DNA from: an uncultured Chloroflexia bacterium | GTDB taxonomy: Bacteria > Chloroflexota > Limnocylindria > Limnocylindrales > CSP1-4 | Assembly: GCA_963813335.1 (NCBI GenBank) | Contig: CAWEYL010000001.1 | Coordinates: 896,001 to 960,000 of the forward strand | Length of the DNA stretch: 64,000 nucleotides | Reading direction: 5' to 3' | Shown here: piece after piece, positions 18,365-28,460 of the stretch | Numbering within the stretch: the first letter of the stretch is position 1 | Layout: the number at the start of each line of letters is the position of its first letter | Translations under genes and position numbers: made by a program | Notes under the pieces: model-generated | Told to the model about the DNA's origin: nothing | The model's input: the letters and a program-made list of their open reading frames with translations, nothing else | The model's database searches: none

Positions 18365-19001
18365 AGATCCCGTCGATGAGGGGGAACAGGAGGCGACCGC
18401 CGATGGAGTTGCCGGGCGGCAGGAAGAAGATCGCGATGAGGACCAGGAAGCCGTACTGCTCGAGGACGGGGCGGATGCGGTACTCGGTCTGGCGGTCGAG
18501 CGCCGCGAACAGCACCTTGGAGCCGTCGAGCGGGGGGATCGGGATGAGGTTGAAGAGCATCAGGACGATGTTGATGTAGACGAACAGGTGGAGGACCTCG
18601 ATGACCATCGGGGCGTTGAGCTGGATCTCAGGGTTCGCGAGGGCGAACCGCAGCGGGATGGCGCCCGCGAGGGCCAGGACCAGGTTGGAGAGCGGCCCCG
18701 CCGCGGCCACGACCGCCTCGCCCTGGCGGCCGCCCTGCAGATTGTTCGGGTTGACCGGCGTGGGTTTCGCCCAGCCGAACCCGAACGCCCCCTGGGAGGC
18801 GATGAAGGATGCCGCCAGCAGGACGCCGCCGATCGGGTCGAAGTGGACGATGGGGTTCAGCGAGAGGCGGCCGAACAGCTTCGCCGTGCCGTCGCCGAGC
18901 CGGTACGCCGCGAAGGCGTGGGCGAACTCGTGGACGGGAAAGCCGACGAGCAGCATGATCGCCACGACGATGACGATCGGGATCAGGTCATCCAGGGTCA
19001 A
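18342..19001 (-). CDS. Site-2 protease (M50 family)
   Basis: HEFAH, AAGPLSN, FNLIPIPPLDG. Confidence 0.92.
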   Translation of the reverse strand: MTLDDLIPIVIVVAIMLLVGFPVHEFAHAFAAYRLGDGTAKLFGRLSLNPIVHFDPIGGVLLAASFIASQGAFGFGWAKPTPVNPNNLQGGRQGEAVVAAAGPLSNLVLALAGAIPLRFALANPEIQLNAPMVIEVLHLFVYINIVLMLFNLIPIPPLDGSKVLFAALDRQTEYRIRPVLEQYGFLVLIAIFFLPPGNSIGGRLLFPLIDGIYGFLVGG

Positions 19002-19037
19002 GCGGCACCTCGTGACGGGTCCCGCGTATGGTAGCCG

Positions 19038-19810
19038 CTAGAGCCGCCCCAGCAGGTCCGCCTTCTTCGCCTCGTACTCCTCGGTGCTGATCGCGCCGCG
19101 TTCGTGCAGGTCCGCGAGGGTCGTGAGCGTGCGCGCGACCTCGTCCGGATCGGTCGCATGCGGGGCCGCCGCGGCGGGGGTCGCCGCCGCGGCCGGAGCC
19201 GCCATCGCGACGGTCGCGTCCGCATCGGCATCGCCGCCGGCCGCAACGGCATAGGCCTCGTCGCGGATCGGCGGCGCCGGCCGGAACCCGCCGGCCATGT
19301 CCAGCTCGTATTCGTGCTTGGCGTTGAGGATGGACTTCTTGAAGCCGATCGGGTCGATGATCATGTGGAACTTGCTGATCGCGGAGTCCGAGGCCGTCAG
19401 GATCTCGAGGTCGCCGAAGCCGAAGATCCGCCCGAAGATCGACTGCGAGAGCGCCGCGTCGTTGATCTTCTCGAGCCCCGAATCGAGGACCGTCTTGTTC
19501 AGGACGCCCTGGATCTGGATGACGCGGCGCGAGGTCAGCACGTATTCCTGGTTCAGGTAGCGCAGGGTGGTCCAGCCGAGGACGGCGAGCCCGCCGAAGA
19601 ACAGGACCACGGTGACCCATTGCAGGAGGGTGCGGAGCGCGCCCGCGGCGCCCTCGCTGCCGACATCCCGCTGCTCAGGATCGCCACGACGACCGCGATG
19701 ACGACCGCCAGGATCGTGAACCGCGCGCCCGCCACGAAGACGAACCAGTGCTGCTTCTTGCGCGCGACGATGCGCTCGCCGTCCGACAAGAGCTCCTCGG
19801 CATAGCCCAT
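19038..19810 (-). CDS. Membrane protein with bacterial PH (bPH_2) and C-terminal SHOCT domains (indel near 19625-19650)
   Basis: LLSDGERIV...HW; YVLTSRRVI...QSIFGRIFGFGDL; LADLHERGAISTEEYEAKKADLL. Confidence 0.8.
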
Positions 19811-19828
19811 CGCGCGTCGCTCCTCCTG

Positions 19829-20777
19829 TCAGGCCCGCGGATGGGCCTTGCGGTAGACGTCCCGGATCCGTTCGCCGGTCACGTGCGTGTACAGCTGGGT
19901 CGTGGAGATACTCGCATGGCCGAGCAACTCCTGGACGACCCGCAGGTCGGCGCCGCCCTCCAGCAGATGCGTCGCGAACGAATGGCGGAGCGTGTGCGGG
20001 CTGACGCGCTCGGCGAGACCGGCGCCCGCCGCCGCGTGCTTGACCGCCGCCCAGGCCTGCTGGCGTGCGAGCCGGCGGCCACGGTCGCCGACGAACACCG
20101 GGCCGCCGCGTGGCGCTTCGACGTCGGCGAGCGCGACCATGGTCTCGCGCGGCCCGTCGATCCAGCGGCCGAGCCAGTCGATCGCGACGTCCCCGACCGG
20201 CACGAGCCGCTCCTTGTCGCCCTTGCCGATGACGCGCACGAAGCCGCCGTCCATCGAGAGGTCCTCGGCATCGAGGCGAACGGCCTCGCTGACCCGGAGC
20301 CCGGCCGCGTAGAGCAGCTCGAGCAGGGCCCGGTCGCGCAGGTGCCGCGCGTGGGCCGGCTCATCGGGGTCGTCGCCACCGGCCGCCTCGAGCAGCGCCT
20401 CCGTCTCGGCGACGGTCAGCGTCTCGGGCAGCAGCCGCGACTGGCGCGGCAGGTCCAGGTGCGCCGCGACGTCGACGGCGATCAGCCCCTCGCCGTAGGC
20501 GAAGCGGTAGAAGCCCTTGAGCGCGGCCGCGCGACGACGCAGGCTGGTGGGCGCCAGGCCGGGCTCGCCGGGCTGGCCGCGCCTGGCCCGGGACGGCCAG
20601 GTAAGCCACCACCGGATCGGCCGACGCGCCCCACGAGCGCGCCACGCCCGGGCTCCGGGCGAAATCCGTGAGATCGGTCCGGTAGGCCCGGACGGTCGCA
20701 TCCGAGAGGCCCCGCTCGACGGCCAGGTGCGAGAGGTACTCGTCGATGGCGGCCTCGAGCGTGCCGGACGGGCTCAT
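19829..20777 (-). CDS. xerD: Tyrosine recombinase XerD (indels in N-terminal part)
   Basis: ERGLS, RDRALLELLYAAGLRVSE, GKGDKER, PHTLRHSFATHLL, LGHASISTTQLYTH; recN/scpA context. Confidence 0.88.
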
Positions 20778-22470
20778 CCGGCCGTCGCCGACGCTCCCCG
20801 CCATGCCTCGGCCCGGTCGAGCAGCTCGCGTGCGGCCGCGAGACCGGCCGCCGCCCCGCTGACCGCTGCCCAGCATCTGGGCGAGCTCGACGATGCGGCC
20901 CTCGCGGTCGAGCCGCTCGACCTCGGTCACCGTGCGCCCGTCCCGCTCGCGCTTGCTGATCCGGAACTGGGCGTCGGCGTGGGCCGCGATCTGCGGCAGG
21001 TGCGTGACGCACGAGGACCTGGTGGCGCCGGGCCAGCGTCCAGAGGCTGCGGCCCACGGGGTCCGCGCTCCGCCCGCCGATCCCGGTGTCGACCTCGTCG
21101 AAGACGAGCGTCGGGGTGTCGTCCGCCTCGGCGAGGACCTGCTTGATGGCCAGCGCGACCCGTGACAGCTCGCCGCCCGACGCGATCCGCGCGAGCGGCC
21201 GGAACGGCTCGCCGGCGTTCGGGGCGAGCCGGTAGACGACCTGGTCGATCCCCGCGGCATCGAAGGCGACCGCGTCGCCATCGACCTCGACCGCGGCCTC
21301 ACCCGACCCGGCCGTCCGGCGACCCAGCGCGACCTCGAAGACGCCGGCCGGGAAGCCGAGCTCGACGAGGACATGGCCCACGGCCGTGCTGAGCGTGGCG
21401 GCCGCGTCCACCCGGGCGCTCGAGAGCGCCGCCGCCGCCGCGCCGACCGATCCGAGCAGGCGCGCGTCGTCGGCCTCGCGCCGGGCCCGCTCGCCATCGA
21501 CGCCCTGCAGCCGCTCCGCCTCGGCCGCCGCCCGCTCGCCGTGGGCGATGACCGCCGCCTCGTCGTCGCCATAGCGGCGCTCGAGGCCGTAGATGACGCC
21601 CAGCCGCTCCTCGAGCGCGGCCAGGGCCGCCGGGTCGTGGTCGATGGCCTCGGCCAGGGTCCTGGTTTCCGCGGCGGCGTCCTCGAGCTCGGCCTCCAGG
21701 CCGGCGAGCCGCTCCGCCAGGTCCTCGAACCGCCCGTCGAGCCGGGCGATCGCCCGCGCCTCGTGGACGGCGCCGGCGACCGCCTCGCGCGCCCCGCCGT
21801 CGGCGGTCAGCGCCCCGTGGACCGCGGCGGCACCCCGGGCGATCGCCTCGCCGTGCTGGGCGGCGGCGAGCCGGGCGCGGATCTCGTCGGCTTCGCCGGG
21901 CCGCAGACGGGCCGCGGCGATCTCGCTCGCCTCGTACTCGAGCAGCTCCAGTCGGCGGGCGAGCTCGCGCGGGTCGGCCGTGAGCTCGTCGAGGGCGGTC
22001 CGGTTCGCCCGCCACGCGCCGACCGCGGCCGCCACCGCCCCGCGCAGCCCCGCATGGCCGCCGAAGCCGTCGAGCAGGTCGCGCTGCCAGCGCTCGTCGA
22101 GGAGGTGCTGCTGGTCGTGCTGGCCGTGGATCTCGACGAGCGGTCCGACCTCCTCGGCGAGGCGGGCGGCCGTGACGGTGTCGTCGTCGAGGCGGGCCGT
22201 CGAGCGGCCGCCGGCCGCCACCTCGCGGACGGCGATGAGCGGTTCCGGGAGCCGGTCGAAGAGGGCCTCCACCCGGGCGCTCTCGGCGCCATGACGGACG
22301 AGCGAGCTGTCGGCGCGCGCGCCGATGGCCAGCCCGAGGGCGTCGATCAGCAGGCTCTTCCCCGCCCCGGTCTCGCCGGTGATCACGTTGAACCCGTCGT
22401 CGAGGTCGAGCCGGACGCGCTCGATGACCGCGAGGTCGGTGACGGTCAGCTCGAGGAGGCGCCCGGTCAC
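20774..22470 (-). CDS. recN: DNA repair protein RecN (indels near C-terminus)
   Basis: TGETGAGKS, IHGQH, ASGGELSR, FDEVDTGIGG, VTHLPQIAA. Confidence 0.95.
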
Positions 22471-23312
22471 GACGGCAGCAGCGCCACCTTGCGGCGCAGG
22501 AGGTCCCAGAAGGGCTGCGCCCCCGTGGGCTCGATCAGGCGGATGGGCCGCTCGACGGCGCGCACCTCGACGACGTCACCGACCGCGGCCGGGATGTCCT
22601 CGCGGCCGTCGATCGAGACCAGCGCCTCGTGCGCGTCGACCACCGTGCAGCGGACCGTCTGCCGCGGGCTGACGACGACCGAGCGGATGGCCGAGAGGTA
22701 CGCGGCGATCGGGGTCACGACGAGGTTGCGGCTCACCGGGTCGAGGATCGGGCCGCCGGCCGAGAACGAGTAGCCGGTCGAGCCGGTGGGGCTCGCGACG
22801 ATGAGGCCGTCGGCGATGAACGTGGCGAGGTGGGTGTCGTCGATGGAAACGTCGAGCCGGCACACTCGGGCGAGAGCGCCGCGAGCCACGACGATGTCGT
22901 TGAAGGCGACGTGGCGGACGACGTCGACCGGCTGCCCGCCGCGCAGGATGCGGCCCTCGAGCGCCATCCGCTCATCGATGCGGTAGTCGCCGGTCGCGAT
23001 CTTGCCGAGCACAGCGTCCAGCTCGCCGGCCTCCGCCTTGGAGAGGAAGCCGACCTTGCCGAGGTTGATGCCGAGGATCGGCACGTCGACCTCGGCGACG
23101 GCGCGGACCGCGCGCAGGAACGTCCCGTCGCCGCCGAGCACCACGAGGGCGTCCGTGGTCGGCAGCTCGCGGACCAGGCCAGCCAGGTCGTCCGCGGGCA
23201 GCTGCCAGTGGTCGATCGAGCGGACCTGGCACCAGCCCGTGGCGCGCGCGCTCAGCTCGATGGCCGGCTCGATCGTGGGGTTGTAGGCGAAGCCGATGCG
23301 GGTGACGGTCAT
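22467..23312 (-). CDS. nadK: NAD kinase
   Basis: GGDGT, GKVGFL, ADGLIVASPTGSTGYSFSAGG. Confidence 0.95.
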   Translation of the reverse strand: MTVTRIGFAYNPTIEPAIELSARATGWCQVRSIDHWQLPADDLAGLVRELPTTDALVVLGGDGTFLRAVRAVAEVDVPILGINLGKVGFLSKAEAGELDAVLGKIATGDYRIDERMALEGRILRGGQPVDVVRHVAFNDIVVARGALARVCRLDVSIDDTHLATFIADGLIVASPTGSTGYSFSAGGPILDPVSRNLVVTPIAAYLSAIRSVVVSPRQTVRCTVVDAHEALVSIDGREDIPAAVGDVVEVRAVERPIRLIEPTGAQPFWDLLRRKVALLPS

Positions 23313-24127
23313 GGCCCGGTCACCGCGGTGATCCGGGCGTCGATCTCGGCACAGCCCGGCCCCGGCGCCAGGTGCAGGAGGAACTCGCGGTTGCCTTCCG
23401 GTCCGAGGATCGGCGAGGCGATGACATCCCGCGACCCGAGGCCCATCGCGCTCGCTGCCGCCACGACATCGCGCAGGACCTCGGCGTGGACGCCCGGGTC
23501 GCGGACGACACCGTGGTCGGTCCGCCCCTTCCCCACCTCGAACTGCGGCTTGACGAGCGCGACGATCGATGGCCGGGCGCCGAGCGCCGAGGCGATCGGC
23601 GCGAGCACCTTGCCGAGCGAGATGAACGAGACGTCGACCACGGCGAGCGTGGCCGGCTCGGGCAGCGTCGTCGCGGTCAGCGCCCGGGCGTTGGTGCGCT
23701 CCAGCGAGATCACGCGGGGATCGCGGCGGAGCGCGTCGGCGAGCTGGCCGCGTCCCACGTCGAGCGCGTAGACGCGGCTGGCGCCGCGCTGCAGCAGGAC
23801 GTCCGTGAAGCCGCCGGTCGAGGCGCCGACATCGAGGCAGACGAGGCCCGTCGGGTCGATCCCGAAGGCGTCCAGCGCCGCCGCGAGCTTGTGGCCGCCG
23901 CGGCTGACATACGGTTCCGGCGCATCGACGCTGACCGGTGTCGCGGCATCGACCAGGTCGCCGGGCTTGCGGTCGAGGCGGGCGGCATCGCCCTCCCCCA
24001 CCCGCACCTTGCCGGCCATCACCAGCGCCTGGGCGCGGCTGCGCGACTCGGCCAGCCCGCGCTCGACGAGCAGCTGGTCGAGCCGGATCCGCTGCGCCTT
24101 CGCGCCGGGAGCCGAGGTCGACGTCAC
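23309..24127 (-). CDS. tlyA: TlyA rRNA 2'-O-methyltransferase
   Basis: RLDQLLV, YVSRGGHKL, DVGASTGGFT, DVSFIS, KPQFE, GNREF. Confidence 0.93.
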   Translation of the reverse strand: MTSTSAPGAKAQRIRLDQLLVERGLAESRSRAQALVMAGKVRVGEGDAARLDRKPGDLVDAATPVSVDAPEPYVSRGGHKLAAALDAFGIDPTGLVCLDVGASTGGFTDVLLQRGASRVYALDVGRGQLADALRRDPRVISLERTNARALTATTLPEPATLAVVDVSFISLGKVLAPIASALGARPSIVALVKPQFEVGKGRTDHGVVRDPGVHAEVLRDVVAAASAMGLGSRDVIASPILGPEGNREFLLHLAPGPGCAEIDARITAVTGP

Positions 24128-24440
24128 CCGCCTATCGTGGCACAGCGCGCTGCACCCGGACGTATGCCCGGGCGGGCGCGGCCGCGAGTCGGGCAGCGCG
24201 ATCATTTCACGGCACATGGCCTGGCAGACCCGAATCCTTGCCCGATGGTCCGGGGTCGACCGGTCAGGGTCGCCTCATGCCGGTCCCTGGGGTCCGGGAG
24301 TCCGCATTCGATGTGCGGGGGGTTGACCGCGGTGCCAACCAACGGGCGGACGCAGGCATCGTGGCATCCTGGTCCGCCCATGGGCGCGTCCCGAGCGGCT
24401 GATAAGCGGCAGATACGCGACGGCTGCTTCCATCGATCCC

Positions 24441-25199
24441 ATGCCGTTGGGGCCAGCCACCATCAAGCGCGAATCTGTCCGACGGTTGTCGCATCTCGAG
24501 CGGCAGGCTGGTGACGACGTCCGCAGGATGCGCCTCGATGCGAACGTGACCTTGGCGGAGCTCGCTCGGGCGACCATGTTGGACCCTCGTTACCTCGCCC
24601 GGATCGAAACGGGGACCGTCCATCCGAGCAACGCCGTCCTCGTTCGCGTCGGCGTGGCGCTGGGTGCCGACCTCAGCCTGAGGTACTTCCCCGGCAGCGG
24701 CCCGCGGATCCACGACCGCTTCCAGGCGCCGATGATCGAAGCGCTGCTGCGGACGCTGGATCAGCGGTGGCAACGCGAGCTCGAGGTCCCGGTCCTCCGA
24801 CCCAGCCGCGGTGTCATCGACCTCGTGCTTCGCGACCCGCTGACCATCGTTGCCACCGAGGTCTATTCGGATCTCCGTCGGCTCGAGCAGCAAGTCCGCT
24901 GGAGCGCGGAGAAGGCCGACGGCCTTCGCGTCCGACTCGATGAGCTGGAGCGGATCGGCGCACCGCACCAGGTCTCTCGGCTCCTCGTTCTTCGGTCCAC
25001 GGTCGCGACGAGATCACTCGCCATGGAGTACCGCGAGACCCTTGCCGCCGCATATCCAGCGCGATCCGCGGCGATCCACGCGGCCCTGACCATGCAGGAC
25101 GTCGCATGGCCCGGCCCTGGCATCCTCTGGATCCACCTCCACGGGAAGACGGCGACGGTCATGCGACATCCGCCACCCGGAGTCACACTCGGTCGCTGA
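24441..25199 (+). CDS. XRE-type HTH fused to a PD-(D/E)XK-like domain
   Basis: RRMRLDANVTLAELA...YLARIETG HTH; ELEV...GVIDLVL...ATEVYS nuclease-like motif with the Lys position changed. Confidence 0.7.
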   Translation: MPLGPATIKRESVRRLSHLERQAGDDVRRMRLDANVTLAELARATMLDPRYLARIETGTVHPSNAVLVRVGVALGADLSLRYFPGSGPRIHDRFQAPMIEALLRTLDQRWQRELEVPVLRPSRGVIDLVLRDPLTIVATEVYSDLRRLEQQVRWSAEKADGLRVRLDELERIGAPHQVSRLLVLRSTVATRSLAMEYRETLAAAYPARSAAIHAALTMQDVAWPGPGILWIHLHGKTATVMRHPPPGVTLGR

Positions 25200-25402
25200 C
25201 GCGGTCCCTCGGTCCGGTTTCTCTGCTTCGGCAAGTCTTGAGCGGCGCATCGAGGCGCGTGACTCATGGTGCGGGGCTCGCCAGACCCGAACGACCGCGC
25301 CCTCGAGGATCGCGAGCGCGTCCTGCTTCCGTCATGCACGAGAACCGGACTCACCAGCCAGTCGGGCGCGATGCCTCGCAGGGCACCCGAGCGGGCGCGG
25401 GC

Positions 25403-27376
25403 TCAGTCGCCGATCGGCGCCTTCGAGCGCCCGGGCGCGGCCTGCAGCGACGCGAGCGTCTCGCGCACCTGCGCGGCGAGCCCCGCCGCGTCGAGGCGCA
25501 GGACCCGGCGCAGGTCCGTGACCGAACCGTGGTCGACGAAGCGGTCGCCCGGGATGCCGATCGCGTGGACGGCGACCTCGCGCAGCGCCGGATCGGTCAG
25601 CCGGGCATCCTCGAGCAGCTCGAGCACGCCGCTGCCGAAGCCGCCGGTGACCACGCTCTCCTCGAAGGTCACGACCAGCGACTTGCCGCGCGCGCCGTCG
25701 AGGATCAGCTGGCCGTCGAGTGGCTTGGCGAACCGCGCGTTGATGACGCCGACCGACCAGCCCTCGGCCGCGAGCAGGTCCGCGGCCTCCATCGCCCGCG
25801 CCACGATCGGCCCGAAGCCGACGAACAGCAGGTCGCGGCCCTCGCGCAGGACCTCGCCGCGGCCGATCGGCAGGATCGCCGGTTCGACCGGATCGAGCCC
25901 GAAGCCCGCGTCGCGCGGGTAGTGCAGGGCGAACGGGTGGTCCTGGGCGAAGGCCGTGCGGACCATCGAGCGCAGCTCCTGCTCATCGCGCGGCGAGGCG
26001 ATCACCAGGTTCGGGAGCTGCCGCTGGGCGGGCAGCGTGAACATCCCCTGGTGGCTGGTCCCGTCCTCGCCGACGAGGCCGGCCCGGTCCACCGCGATCA
26101 CGACCGGCTGGTCGTTCTGGCAGACGTCGTGGACGGTCTGGTCGAAGGCGCGCTGCAGGAAGGTCGAGTACAGCGCTACGACGGGTCGCAGCCCGCCGAG
26201 GGCGAGGCCGGTGGCGAACGTCATGGCGTGCTGCTCGGCGATGCCGACATCGAAGAAGCGGTCCGGGAACTCGGCCTGGAACCGCGACAGCCCCGTGCCG
26301 GTCGGCATGCCGGCCGTGATCCCGACGATCCGCCGGTCCGTGCGGGCGAGGTCGATCAGCTCCGCGGCGAAGACCGCGGTGTAGTTCGGGAGCTTCTTCG
26401 CGGCCGCGGGGAGCTCCGAGGGCGGCGCGGCGTCGTCGGCCATCGACTCGGTCGGCAGGATCGGCGCCATCGGTGGCAGCGCGGCACCGTGGAAGCCGAC
26501 CTGGTCGGTCTCGGCCGGGCGGTAGCCGCGCCCCTTCTGGGTCCGGACGTGGACGATCGTCGGTCCGGGCAGCGCCAGGGCGCGGCCAAGGGTCTCGACC
26601 AGCGCGTGCAGGTCGTGGCCGGGCACGACCCCGATGTAGGTGATGCCGAGGTCCTCGAACAGCTGCCCGGGCTGGGCGAAGCGCACGACCGAGGCGCGCA
26701 GGCGGCGCGACCACTCGAGCAGCGTCGGGCCGGCGACCGGGATGCGCTCCACGGTCCGGTCGTAGGCGCCCTTGCTCTGGCGCCACGCCTGCGACAGCTT
26801 GATCTGGCTGAGGTACCTCGAGAACGCGCCGACCGTCGGGCTGATCGACATCTCGTTGTCGTTGACCACGATCAGCATCTGGGTCTGGCGCTGGCCGATG
26901 TCGTTGAGGGCCTCGAGCGACAGGCCGCTCATCAGCGCCGCGTCGCCGACGACGACCGCGATCCGCTCGAGGCCGTGGCGGATGTCGCGGGCCTCGGCCA
27001 GTCCCTCGGCCACCGACAGCCCGGTGCCGGCGTGGCCGCCGTCGAAGACGTCGTGGGGCGACTCGGAGCGGCGAGGGAACCCGCCGATCCCGTCGAGCTG
27101 GCGCAGCGTCCCGAAGCGCTCGAGCCGGCCGGTCAGGAGCTTGTGCGGGTAGGCCTGGTGGCCCGTGTCCCAGACGATCCGGTCGCGCGGCGACTCGAGG
27201 AGCCGATGGAGCGCGATCGTGAGCTCGACGACGCCAAGTGACGAGCCCAGGTGGCCGCCCGTGTGGGCGACGGTCGCGATGATCGTCTCGCGGATCTCCA
27301 GCGCGAGCTGGGCGAGCTGGACCTCGTCGAGCCCGCGCAGGTCGGCGGGTCCGCTGAGGCTCGGCAGGATGGGCAC
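25403..27376 (-). CDS. dxs: 1-deoxy-D-xylulose-5-phosphate synthase
   Basis: GGHLGSSLGVVEL, WDTGHQ, GDAA...NDN, GIAEQH, YSTFLQRAFDQ. Confidence 0.97.
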   Translation of the reverse strand: MPILPSLSGPADLRGLDEVQLAQLALEIRETIIATVAHTGGHLGSSLGVVELTIALHRLLESPRDRIVWDTGHQAYPHKLLTGRLERFGTLRQLDGIGGFPRRSESPHDVFDGGHAGTGLSVAEGLAEARDIRHGLERIAVVVGDAALMSGLSLEALNDIGQRQTQMLIVVNDNEMSISPTVGAFSRYLSQIKLSQAWRQSKGAYDRTVERIPVAGPTLLEWSRRLRASVVRFAQPGQLFEDLGITYIGVVPGHDLHALVETLGRALALPGPTIVHVRTQKGRGYRPAETDQVGFHGAALPPMAPILPTESMADDAAPPSELPAAAKKLPNYTAVFAAELIDLARTDRRIVGITAGMPTGTGLSRFQAEFPDRFFDVGIAEQHAMTFATGLALGGLRPVVALYSTFLQRAFDQTVHDVCQNDQPVVIAVDRAGLVGEDGTSHQGMFTLPAQRQLPNLVIASPRDEQELRSMVRTAFAQDHPFALHYPRDAGFGLDPVEPAILPIGRGEVLREGRDLLFVGFGPIVARAMEAADLLAAEGWSVGVINARFAKPLDGQLILDGARGKSLVVTFEESVVTGGFGSGVLELLEDARLTDPALREVAVHAIGIPGDRFVDHGSVTDLRRVLRLDAAGLAAQVRETLASLQAAPGRSKAPIGD

Positions 27377-27485
27377 GGTCGGAGGACTCCTTCAGCTCGT
27401 GACGCGCGGAGCGAGTGTAAACCTGTTCCCTGCAGGTCGCTTGTTTCCGATGGGGGCGCGACCGACGCCCGCGGGGCCGGGCGCG

Positions 27486-28025
27486 TCACCGAGACGCAAG
27501 GGCTTGCAGCTTCGTGACGGTATTCCAGTTGCGGGCCGTCAGCGTCGCGCCGAGGCGCTTCTCGAGCACGTCGATCGTGAGCTTGGAGCGGCCGATCCCC
27601 TCGCGATACCAGAGATAGACGACGCCGTCACCGAGGCGGACGACCTCCGGGCCGAATGCGCTCGGGTCGAAGGCGGCGATGGTCGCCGCCGGCAGCGGGG
27701 TCACCAGGAACGCGACGAGCAGGTGCGCCGGGTCGGCGAGGGCCTCCGGCAGCGGGTTGGCGGCGATGACCCGGTCGAGCTCCGTCGCGCTGCGAACGGC
27801 GACCCGGACCTCGAAGCCGTGGTGCGCGGCGATGGCGGCCTCGATCGCCGCGGCGCTCGACATCCCGTCGCCGTCCGGCGCGTCGAAGACGGCGTTGCCG
27901 CTGTTCAGCAGCGTGACGACGTCCCCGTAGCCGAGCCCGGCCAGGATCGAGCGCAGGTCCGCCATCGCGACCCGCTTGTGGCCGCCGACGTTGATCCCCC
28001 GCAGGAACGCGATGGACGTGGTCAG
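27486..28025 (-). CDS. DUF1697 family protein (apparent CTG start)
   Basis: AFLRGINVGGHKRVAMADLR, LLNSGNAVF, TARNWNTV; the conserved N-terminus lies upstream of the first ATG. Confidence 0.88.
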   Translation of the reverse strand: MTTSIAFLRGINVGGHKRVAMADLRSILAGLGYGDVVTLLNSGNAVFDAPDGDGMSSAAAIEAAIAAHHGFEVRVAVRSATELDRVIAANPLPEALADPAHLLVAFLVTPLPAATIAAFDPSAFGPEVVRLGDGVVYLWYREGIGRSKLTIDVLEKRLGATLTARNWNTVTKLQALASR

Positions 28026-28291
28026 GCGCCCGGCTCCTCGACCGGCTCCTCGGCGCTGACGGTGCGGACCTCCAGGGCCCCGCCGGCGCGCTGGACGAGC
28101 TGCTCGACCCGCAGCTGCGCATCGGTCAGGAGCTGCTCGCAGCGGGCCTGCAGGGCCACCCCGCGCTCGTACAGGGCGATGGCGGCCTCCAACGGCTGGC
28201 CGCCGGTCTCGAGGTCCGCGACCGTGCGCTGCAGCTCGGCGAGCGCGGCGTCGAACGCGAGCGTCTCGATGGCGGGTTCAGGCGTCGTCAC
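28022..28291 (-). CDS. xseB: Exodeoxyribonuclease VII small subunit
   Basis: FDAALAELQRTVADLETGGQPLEAAIALYERG. Confidence 0.9.
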   Translation of the reverse strand: MTTPEPAIETLAFDAALAELQRTVADLETGGQPLEAAIALYERGVALQARCEQLLTDAQLRVEQLVQRAGGALEVRTVSAEEPVEEPGA

Positions 28292-28460
28292 GTGGCTCCT
28301 CGGCGCGGGGCGGCTCGCTGGTGTCCGGCGGTCCATCGACCGGCTCGTCGTCGTCGCGACCCGCGAGGCGCCCGACCGATGGTGCCACCAGCATACCCAG
28401 CCGGACGCCCCCGACCGCGACCACGAGCGCGACCACGACCAGGATCACGAGGTCACCCAT
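28278..28460 (-). CDS. Small single-TM protein
   Basis: Hydrophobic N-terminus and acidic tail; overlaps both xseA and xseB. Confidence 0.55.
   Translation of the reverse strand: MGDLVILVVVALVVAVGGVRLGMLVAPSVGRLAGRDDDEPVDGPPDTSEPPRAEEPRDDA

Noticed and set aside
19829-20777. Tyrosine recombinase as the island's integrase
   Set aside because: XerD-type size and motifs, no arm-binding N-domain, embedded in the recN-scpAB housekeeping operon ~10 kb away
2416-21020. Numerous frameshifts (flavodoxin, island genes, gpsA, ispH, cmk, bPH_2, xerD, recN) as pseudogenes or programmed frameshifts
   Set aside because: Single-base indels hit essential genes too, cluster in one part of the window and lack slippery-site signatures; best explained by assembly error. 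Real decay of island genes cannot be excluded.
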